From the NCBI GenBank assembly GCA_947584965.1, contig CANPWQ010000001.1, positions 12,480-76,479 of the forward strand: a stretch of DNA of 64,000 bases, read 5' to 3'. Each line of letters starts with the position of its first letter. Within the stretch, counting starts at the first letter, position 1. This document shows, piece after piece, positions 8,913 to 15,673 of this stretch. The stretch is from Candidatus Gastranaerophilales bacterium (GTDB taxonomy: Bacteria > Cyanobacteriota > Vampirovibrionia > Gastranaerophilales > Gastranaerophilaceae). The translations under genes were made by a program, and so were the position numbers. Below the pieces are notes generated by a model. It did not search any database and had not been told where the DNA came from. It saw only the letters and a program-made list of their open reading frames with translations.

Positions 8913-11267
8913 TTATCTCTTTTTGGCTTTTTCCCATAATTTTTGAAAAATATTTTTTTTATTTTCTAATAGCACCTGCTCGGTTTCTTTAAGTTTATTT
9001 TCCATTGAAATTAATTTATTTTCGTATTTTATTCTCTGTTTATTTAATTTATTTTCAAACTCATCACGCAGTTCATTTATAAATTTATTTTGCGAGTATT
9101 CCCAATTATTTTGAACCTCGGTTAATATTTGCGTGTCTGCTTTTTGGTTTAACAGCTCTTTTAATGCTTCATCCTCAGACTTTCTTTCATTTAGTAATTT
9201 ATAAATTTCGCCTGATGTATAATTTAATTTTTTATCAAAATCATGGCTGTTTTCATTAAGTTGTTTAAACGCTTTAGCTAATTCAGAGTTTGTATAAGCA
9301 TAAACTTCACCAACCCTTAAATTAATCTCATTATTTATTATTTTAGATGAGTTTTTAATTTCTTCATTTAATTTTGTTTCAAGCTGATTAACTTTTTCAG
9401 AAGCATTATTTTCTGCTTTTTCGTACTGGTGGTCAATATAAGAATAAACCTTGTCTTTTGTTTGATTTAAGTTAGTTTTTATTTCATCAGACGTTTTATT
9501 AATGTATGAATATATATCATCTTTTGTTTGATTTAAATTGGCACTTATTTCATCAGATTTTTGATTTATGAATATATATAAATCTTCTTTTGTTTTATTT
9601 TGATATTCAACTGTTTCATTCGTTTTTTGATTTATATATGCATATAAATCGTCTTTTGTTTTATTTTGATACTCAACTGTTTCGTCTGCTCTTTGATCTA
9701 TGTATGTATACAAATCATCTTTTACATTATTTTGATACTCAATGGTTTCATCGTTTTTTTGATTAATATATGTGTATACATCATCCTTTATTTTATTTTG
9801 GTACTCAATGGTTTCATCGGTTCTTTGATTAATGTATGTATATACATCATCTTTTATTGAAATAAAATAATTTTGATTAGCTTGGTTTTCCAGTGCTATT
9901 TTTTCATAAATATTTGTTATCTCATTTTGATGAGCTTGTATTGTTTGATTTATATCATCACGGATATTATTTGTATATTCATAATTTTTAGTTATTTCTT
10001 CATAAACATTCGATATTTTTTCATCCGTCTGCACATTGGAATAATCAATACCGTTAGTTATTTCTTGTTTTAACCAATCATTTGAAGCTGTTATTTTTTC
10101 CGTTAATAAATTTATATTTTGCTCGGAATTTTTTAAAATACTGCGTTTAGCTTCATTTACAATTTTTTCGGTATATTTATAATTTTTGTTGATATCAGTG
10201 TATATATTGGAAAATCTGTTATCCAATTCATCCTTTGGAGTAATTTGAGATAAAAGCCTGTCTTCAACCTCGTGGATATCCAAGTATTCATTAAATACTT
10301 TTTGATTAAATTCCTCAAAAGTTGAATTCATAACAAGTTTGTAGCCTTTAAAATGGTAAACCGATTTCCAGTATTCATCTTCTAAATTTTCTATTTCAAG
10401 ACTCTCAAAAACTTTTTTCATTCCGAAAAAGAACTCGCGGTGGCAATTTTCTTTTAAAAGAGTGTATCTGTGAAATAAATCATTAATAATCCAACCTTGT
10501 ATTTTCTTTTTTTCACTGTCCAAATAAGGAGTATTTTTAACCTTATCATAAGTCAACGAAACCATAGGTATGCGGTCTAAGACTCTGTTATTCATCTGGC
10601 GCATTGTAGAGGTTCTGCGGTTGACTCTGTAAGCATAAAAGTCTTTCCAAATAATTTTTATTCTGCTAGCAGGCAGGTATGAAAAATAGAAAAACGGTAA
10701 ATCTTCATAAATATAGCCTTCAGGAAACTTTGCACGTGTCGATTTTAGATACAGTGCATTATACAGTTTATTCCATAACGCTACATTTATATCTAAAATT
10801 TGTTCTTTTGTATCTTCTGCGCTAAAAATACTATCAGCAAAGCCTTTTAACGGAGTAAGCGAATAATAATCTGATTCTATACGTTCTTTTGTAACATCGT
10901 CAAACTCATGAGCCATACACATAGTAATTTCCGTGCAATATTCAACTGCCGTATTATAAAGCTGTTCAAACATATCGGGAGCTATAATATCATCCGAGTC
11001 AACAAATCCGATATATTCACCTTTCGCAATTTCAATTGCACGGTTTCTTGCATAGCCCTGTCCCTGTCTTGTAGGGATTTCAATTAACTTTATCCTATTA
11101 TCTTTTGCCATGTAATTTTTTACTATCTGAGCGGATTTATCCTCCGAGGCATCATTTACCATAATTATTTCAATGTCCTCAAGAGTCTGCGCAATAACAG
11201 AACGTAAACATTCATCAATATAATTTTCTACATTATTAAACGGTATAATTATTGATACTTTTGGCAT
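8913..11267 (-). CDS. family 2 glycosyltransferase with a C-terminal repeat/coiled-coil region of about 450 aa
   Basis: VSIIIPFNNVENYI..IIMVNDASEDKS..GFVDSDDII. The tail carries two NY(K/E)YT motifs and seven 22-aa repeats. Confidence 0.9.
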   Translation of the reverse strand: MPKVSIIIPFNNVENYIDECLRSVIAQTLEDIEIIMVNDASEDKSAQIVKNYMAKDNRIKLIEIPTRQGQGYARNRAIEIAKGEYIGFVDSDDIIAPDMFEQLYNTAVEYCTEITMCMAHEFDDVTKERIESDYYSLTPLKGFADSIFSAEDTKEQILDINVALWNKLYNALYLKSTRAKFPEGYIYEDLPFFYFSYLPASRIKIIWKDFYAYRVNRRTSTMRQMNNRVLDRIPMVSLTYDKVKNTPYLDSEKKKIQGWIINDLFHRYTLLKENCHREFFFGMKKVFESLEIENLEDEYWKSVYHFKGYKLVMNSTFEEFNQKVFNEYLDIHEVEDRLLSQITPKDELDNRFSNIYTDINKNYKYTEKIVNEAKRSILKNSEQNINLLTEKITASNDWLKQEITNGIDYSNVQTDEKISNVYEEITKNYEYTNNIRDDINQTIQAHQNEITNIYEKIALENQANQNYFISIKDDVYTYINQRTDETIEYQNKIKDDVYTYINQKNDETIEYQNNVKDDLYTYIDQRADETVEYQNKTKDDLYAYINQKTNETVEYQNKTKEDLYIFINQKSDEISANLNQTKDDIYSYINKTSDEIKTNLNQTKDKVYSYIDHQYEKAENNASEKVNQLETKLNEEIKNSSKIINNEINLRVGEVYAYTNSELAKAFKQLNENSHDFDKKLNYTSGEIYKLLNERKSEDEALKELLNQKADTQILTEVQNNWEYSQNKFINELRDEFENKLNKQRIKYENKLISMENKLKETEQVLLENKKNIFQKLWEKAKKR
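9426..9857 (-). repeat. in-frame tandem array of about seven 66-bp (22-aa) Tyr-rich repeats inside the 784-aa GT2
   Basis: IKDDVYTYINQRTDETIEYQNK / IKDDVYTYINQKNDETIEYQNN / VKDDLYTYIDQRADETVEYQNK / TKDDLYAYINQKTNETVEYQNK / TKEDLYIFINQKSDEISANLNQ / TKDDIYSYINKTSDEIKTNLNQ / TKDKVYSYIDHQ.. Confidence 0.9.
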
Positions 11268-11274
11268 TATTATC

Positions 11275-12570
11275 TCACTTCGTCAATTCATCCCTTAATT
11301 CGGCAACAATTTTTTCCGTGTATTTGTAATTTTTTGATATTTCCTCGTATATAAGATTTATTTCATTATTTTTCTTTTCTATTGCCTCATTAAGGTAATC
11401 GTAAACTTTAGGGAATACCTGCTGCGTTTTTTCTTCTATCGCCTCATTAAGGTAATCGTAAACTTTAGGGAATACCTGCTGCGTTTTTTCTTCTATCGCC
11501 TCATTTATATTATCATAGATTTCAATACTTACTTCCTGCACCTTTTTTTCAAGTGCTTCATTAACGTAAGTGTAAATTTGCGAAACTTCCTCATCAAACA
11601 GCTTTTTTAAGTACTCAAAAGACTCATTGGTAAATCCGTATATTTTATTGACTTCACTATACAGCTTTTTTAAGTCTTCATCTGTTGCGTTTATTAATAT
11701 ATTAGTAGTCGTTCCGCCTATATTATTTTTTAACGATTTACCAAACGAATTTTGCCTGTATTCCAATATTTTAGGCGCATATTTTGTATAAGTTAAATAA
11801 TAGTAATAACAATCATAAACAGGATGTTCAAAAGGCATAAGCCACGGCTTAAATCTGCCCGATAAGTGCAATATAGAAGCATTTGTAAGACTTTTAGCTT
11901 TTATATTATTATATAAAAAGAACTGATAGTTCCATTTTTCATCAAGTTCTTTAATTTTTCCGTCAAGAACACAATTAATAATATCCTGATCCTGCCATAA
12001 AATTATGTCTTTATGTTTTTTGCCAAATTCAAACAACTCAGCACTTATTGCATTTTTACGCCAATAACCTAAATTTATCAGCATTACTCCCGCATTAAAG
12101 TATTTTTTTATGTTGAGTCTTTCTGACTCTTTTTTTGTTTCCACATCTAAGACCATTGCCGCGGGTGAATTTTTTATATCTGTATTAAATAACTCCTCTA
12201 AGGATGTTCTGACTATTACGTCACAATCTAAATATAAAATTTTATCGACTTTAGGCAAAACCTCGGGCAGTAAAAATCTGAAATACGTAGGCAGAGTAAC
12301 ATGATAATTTTTATAGTGTTTATTGTTATCTTTTAACATCGGGCAGGAGGAAAAATCTTTTACTTCCATTTTTATATATTCAATATTAAAATTTTTAATA
12401 TTTTTTAATAATTCAATGTCAGATTTGTCACTCTTTTTTAATCCGCCGTCCAGTACGTATATATTGATATTATCTTTTACCGAAGCATTTTTTAATATTG
12501 AAACAAGAGAAACACTAAATTGTTCAATATAATTTTTATCAAGACTATAGCAAATATTGTATTCTGACAT
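11275..12570 (-). CDS. family 8 glycosyltransferase (LPS-type retaining GT) with a C-terminal repeat tail
   Basis: YNICYSLDKNY.., YLDCDVIV (DxD), NAGVMLINL, QDQDIIN. ATG at 12570 is preceded by GGAGAAAAAG; the track start at 12591 is an alternative. The tail ends in IYEEISKNYKYTEKIV. Confidence 0.88.
   Translation of the reverse strand: MSEYNICYSLDKNYIEQFSVSLVSILKNASVKDNINIYVLDGGLKKSDKSDIELLKNIKNFNIEYIKMEVKDFSSCPMLKDNNKHYKNYHVTLPTYFRFLLPEVLPKVDKILYLDCDVIVRTSLEELFNTDIKNSPAAMVLDVETKKESERLNIKKYFNAGVMLINLGYWRKNAISAELFEFGKKHKDIILWQDQDIINCVLDGKIKELDEKWNYQFFLYNNIKAKSLTNASILHLSGRFKPWLMPFEHPVYDCYYYYLTYTKYAPKILEYRQNSFGKSLKNNIGGTTTNILINATDEDLKKLYSEVNKIYGFTNESFEYLKKLFDEEVSQIYTYVNEALEKKVQEVSIEIYDNINEAIEEKTQQVFPKVYDYLNEAIEEKTQQVFPKVYDYLNEAIEKKNNEINLIYEEISKNYKYTEKIVAELRDELTK
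11385..11498 (-). repeat. perfect 57-bp x2 tandem duplication (19 aa, EAIEEKTQQVFPKVYDYLN) within the GT8 tail
   Basis: cctcattaaggtaatcgtaaactttagggaatacctgctgcgttttttcttctatcg occurs twice back to back. More diverged copies flank it on both sides. Confidence 0.95.
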
Positions 12571-12693
12571 CTTTTTCTCCTTTGCGGACATTTAAAATTG
12601 TACTATACATACACAAAAAAAAACACTTATGTAATAATAATTAAAGTATTAAAAAAAAATGCCGATTATATATTTGGAAAAACAGGCAATAAA

Positions 12694-13008
12694 ATGGAAA
12701 CAATTGAAGATAGTGATTTAAAAAAAGTCGGACTTGAACTTATGTTCTTAACGCCTGAAAAATGCAGCCGTTCGGAGGGAATTTCTGCTGTCGAATTATC
12801 TAAATCACTTGGTATGCCTTTAGATACCGTAAAAAAGAAACTTAAAATCCTTTTGGATAAAGAAATAATAAGAGTCTACGGGATTAATCCGAAATTATGG
12901 AAATTTGATGAATATAAATTTCAAAAAATGGATGAAGATGATGAAGTATACAGGCTTTTATGCAACTTTGACGATGTCGATTTTGACAGGTACTTTTCCT
13001 ATAATTAA
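12694..13008 (+). CDS. small winged-helix-like DNA-binding protein (hypothetical), divergent from the GT operon
   Basis: 104 aa from the ATG at 12694. ..ISAVELSKSLGMPLDTVKKKLKILLDKEIIRVYG.. looks like an HTH plus wing. The upstream extension in the track is AT-rich junk. Confidence 0.55.
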   Translation: METIEDSDLKKVGLELMFLTPEKCSRSEGISAVELSKSLGMPLDTVKKKLKILLDKEIIRVYGINPKLWKFDEYKFQKMDEDDEVYRLLCNFDDVDFDRYFSYN

Positions 13009-13040
13009 TTTTTAAATTTATAATTTTATAATTTTTCAAA

Positions 13041-13202
13041 AATAATACGATATTCATCGGATACTGCGTTTCTTTTTCACTAACCTCAACCAAAGGTTTC
13101 GTAACTCGCTTCACTACGTTTCGCTCAAACAGACGAAACCTCGCAGTTGTTTCGGCAAGTGAAAAATACGAAACTCCGTATATGATTTCATATCGTATTA
13201 TT
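13041..13202. repeat. 162-nt long imperfect palindrome / structured element with internal GTTTCG/CGAAAC repeats
   Basis: 13-bp perfect terminal inverted repeat AATAATACGATAT/ATATCGTATTATT, extended by TCAT/ATGA, CGGA/TCCG, GTTTC/GAAAC and TTTTTCAC/GTGAAAAA. The interior holds a GGTTTCGT..ACGAAACC stem and six copies of the GTTTCG motif. A TATAAT box at 13027-13032 sits 8 nt upstream. Confidence 0.4.
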
Positions 13203-13228
13203 CTTAAAAATGGAAAAAATCAATTTAT

Positions 13229-13399
13229 CAAAAAAGCCCTATGCGAATATGATTTTGTTACCTGTGAATGCTCCACAGGTGGGTAAGCGCCTTAACAAAT
13301 CCGTTTCCTGCTGCAAGGCAGGTCTACTGCATTGTTATTAGAGTCTTCTTTCCCTTTTAATCAAGATGTAGGAACAAAATAAATACCCGCATAAGGCTC
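13229..13399 (-). ncRNA. candidate small RNA of about 170 nt with 6S-RNA-like rod architecture
   Basis: On the minus strand, 5' GAGCCUUAUGCGGGUAU..UUUUGUU pairs with AACAAAA..AUAUUCGCAUAGGGCUU, about 24 bp. Four of these pairs are G-U and would be A-C mismatches on the other strand. An 18-nt unpaired 5' bubble strand faces a 3' bubble strand that forms its own 6-7 bp hairpin. An apical stem follows, the RNA ends in U6, and TGTTATAAT lies just upstream. Confidence 0.45.
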
Positions 13400-13403
13400 T
13401 TAT

Positions 13404-13412
13404 ATTATAACA
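13404..13412 (-). promoter_or_regulatory. extended -10 promoter element (TGTTATAAT) for the 6S-like RNA candidate
   Basis: The reverse complement of 13404-13412 reads TGTTATAAT. The closing-stem 5' end starts 5 nt downstream. Confidence 0.4.
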
Positions 13413-13414
13413 CC

Positions 13415-14668
13415 TTATTTTTCATTTTTCACTATATTATTGATTAATTTTACAGCCTCCGATAATAATTTATCTTTAGATTTTTTATCGGAAGCGGAAT
13501 TTATTGTAATATCAGGAATAATACCTGTTTTTTCTATGTCCTCGCCGTTAGGCAGTATGTATTTTTCCGTTGTTATTATTAAACCTGTTTTATTCGGCAT
13601 AGGAATTACCCGTTGAATTGTGTTTTTACCGTATGTATTTTCGCCCATAATTATCGCATTAATATCACTTTTGAGCGCACCAGCCAGTATTTCCGCAGCA
13701 CTTGCCGTCTTTTCATTCACCAGTATTATTACGGGCTTAGGTTTAAATACCGATTTTGTATCCGCATTTATCTTAAATATCGGCACACCCTTTTTCTCTA
13801 TACTTAATATTAATCCCTCTGCTATCATCATATCAGCCATTTGAACGGCATTTGCAAGTATCCCGCCGTAATTATTTCTTAAATCAATAATTAATGCTTT
13901 AGTTCCGTTTGTTTTTTCAAGTATATTTCTAAAATCTATAAGCGCTTTTTCACCCATTATCGTCGACAACGTTATTATTCCGATGTTATCCTTTGTAATG
14001 ACATATTTCATTGTATCAATCGGAATATCACCGCTTTTAAGCTCTTTTACAAGTATTAAATTCCCGCGCTTTATCTCTACTTTATGTACTTTGTCTTTCC
14101 CCGAATTAATATAATTTTGAATTTGCTCTATTGTCATTTTATTAATGTTTACATTGTCAATTTTAACAATATAATCTCCGGGCATTATATTTTGCTCTTT
14201 TGCGGAAGAATTTTTTATTACTCTGTTTACAATAAGCCCTTGCGCGGATTTATTTAAGGTTAAACCTACTCCCGTTATTTTAGAATCCATTATGACTTTT
14301 TGCCGCTTGTAATTATTGGATTTTAAAAACCTTGTATATGGATCATTCAAACTGCTTAACATTGTATTTATTGCAACTTCGCAGTCCTCCATGGTCTTAA
14401 TTTTATTATTGTATCTGTTTCTCCACCTGCGCCAATCCTGATTATTCATTGTTTTGTCGGTATATTCACGTCTTGCTGTGCGCCAGGCATTAATATAGAC
14501 TCTTGCAGGCGCTATTTTTTGAGTCTGCCTTATACTCTCTATTGCGTTTTTCATCGGGGCATAATTTATTTTTTCCAACGGATTAAATTTTATATCAATT
14601 ATTATCGCAATGATTAATATTGAAAACGTATAAAATAATATATTTTTAATTTTAAAATTTTTATCCAT
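13415..14668 (-). CDS. ctpA: C-terminal processing peptidase, family S41 (PDZ domain)
   Basis: N-terminal TM segment; PDZ region (GVGLTL..PGDYIVKIDNVNI); IIDLRNNYGG; LVNEKTASAAEILAGAL (Ser/Lys dyad region). Confidence 0.88.
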   Translation of the reverse strand: MDKNFKIKNILFYTFSILIIAIIIDIKFNPLEKINYAPMKNAIESIRQTQKIAPARVYINAWRTARREYTDKTMNNQDWRRWRNRYNNKIKTMEDCEVAINTMLSSLNDPYTRFLKSNNYKRQKVIMDSKITGVGLTLNKSAQGLIVNRVIKNSSAKEQNIMPGDYIVKIDNVNINKMTIEQIQNYINSGKDKVHKVEIKRGNLILVKELKSGDIPIDTMKYVITKDNIGIITLSTIMGEKALIDFRNILEKTNGTKALIIDLRNNYGGILANAVQMADMMIAEGLILSIEKKGVPIFKINADTKSVFKPKPVIILVNEKTASAAEILAGALKSDINAIIMGENTYGKNTIQRVIPMPNKTGLIITTEKYILPNGEDIEKTGIIPDITINSASDKKSKDKLLSEAVKLINNIVKNEK

Positions 14669-14715
14669 ATATTAAATTATCCCACAAATTATGTTTATTT
14701 GTTATAATTATTTTT

Positions 14716-15663
14716 ATGAGGAAGTTATTAAAAGATTATTTATACATATTTTTTGTAGTGGCAGTTTTGTTTTTCATCAGCGATTTGCCGTCATTTTCGC
14801 GGACTTTAAAGTTCGCACAAGTCTCTGACATCCACTTTTCAACAGTTAGAGAAGATAACGGCTATAAACTTTTATCAAAAACAAAACCGCTGTTAATCGA
14901 CGCTATTTCACAAATTAATAAAGAAAAAAATATTGATTTCATCGTAATAACAGGCGACGGAATTGACAGACCTAAAAAAGATGACGCAATTCAGCTTTTT
15001 GATTTGTTAAATACACTAAACCGCCCATGGTATTATGCACTTGGCAATCACGACACAACAACAGACGGATATTTAACAAAAACTATCTTTTTGAAACTGT
15101 TAAAAGAAAAAAATCCGAATTATACTTTTGACTCAACCTACTATACATTTAAGCCTAAAAAGGGATTTAGATTTATAGTTCTTGACGGGGCAAAAAATAA
15201 AGGATTTACTTCCAACGGAATTTTGCCGAAAGAAGAACTTGAATGGCTGGATAATGTTTTAAGCCAATCTCAAAAAGATGTGGTTTTAATTTTCATTCAC
15301 TTCCCGCTTGTTACGCCATACGATTCGCCTCATCACGAAATTTTAAACGCTGATGAGTATAAGGCAGTCCTTAATAAATACAAAATGCCCATAGCAATCT
15401 TTTCGGGGCATTATCACATGACTAAAATATTTAAACGCGGGAATATTCTGCATATTTCAACTCCATCTTTGGCGGGTTATCCTAACTCTTTCAGAATTGT
15501 TGAAGTTGATAACAGAAGAAATAAAGTTATATTTAACTTTAAATTTATGGAAACAAATTTAAAAGATTTTCAGGCAAAAACCCGTTTAATAACACTTGGC
15601 GGGGCAGGATATTACGGCAAAGAGCGCGACAGAAACACACAAATTATTATTGAGAAAAAGTAA
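14716..15663 (+). CDS. calcineurin-like metallophosphoesterase, secreted or membrane-anchored
   Basis: Signal/TM N-terminus; QVSDIHF, ITGDGID, GNHDT, and FIHFPL..SGHYH motifs. Confidence 0.85.
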   Translation: MRKLLKDYLYIFFVVAVLFFISDLPSFSRTLKFAQVSDIHFSTVREDNGYKLLSKTKPLLIDAISQINKEKNIDFIVITGDGIDRPKKDDAIQLFDLLNTLNRPWYYALGNHDTTTDGYLTKTIFLKLLKEKNPNYTFDSTYYTFKPKKGFRFIVLDGAKNKGFTSNGILPKEELEWLDNVLSQSQKDVVLIFIHFPLVTPYDSPHHEILNADEYKAVLNKYKMPIAIFSGHYHMTKIFKRGNILHISTPSLAGYPNSFRIVEVDNRRNKVIFNFKFMETNLKDFQAKTRLITLGGAGYYGKERDRNTQIIIEKK

Positions 15664-15673
15664 CGGCGGTTTT

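Noticed and set aside
9426-9857. A CRISPR-like array, suggested by regularly spaced repeats
   Set aside because: The units are contiguous with no spacers, in frame, and translate into a coherent 22-aa protein repeat within a long ORF. No cas genes are present.
12598-12693. 32-aa N-terminal extension of the small wHTH ORF
   Set aside because: The extension (MYYTYTKKNTYVIIIKVLKK..) lies in the AT-rich divergent promoter region. The ATG at 12694 gives a compact domain.
13041-13202. Hammerhead ribozyme, suggested by the ACGAAAC motifs
   Set aside because: No CUGAUGA core box lies in the correct arrangement. The nearest, CCGAUGA, is mispositioned and has a core mismatch.
13009-13414. tmRNA, RNase P RNA or SRP RNA as the identity of the structured intergenic region
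   Set aside because: I looked on both strands for the tmRNA tRNA-like ends and tag ORF, the RNase P CR-I/CR-V boxes (GAGGAAAGUCC, ACAGAA.CCGGCUUA) and the SRP helix-8 GGAA/AGCA motif. Only loose partial resemblances appeared, for example GCUGCAAGGCAGG versus the E. coli 4.5S GCAGCCAAGGCAG, without the rest of the motif. A covariance-model scan is still needed.
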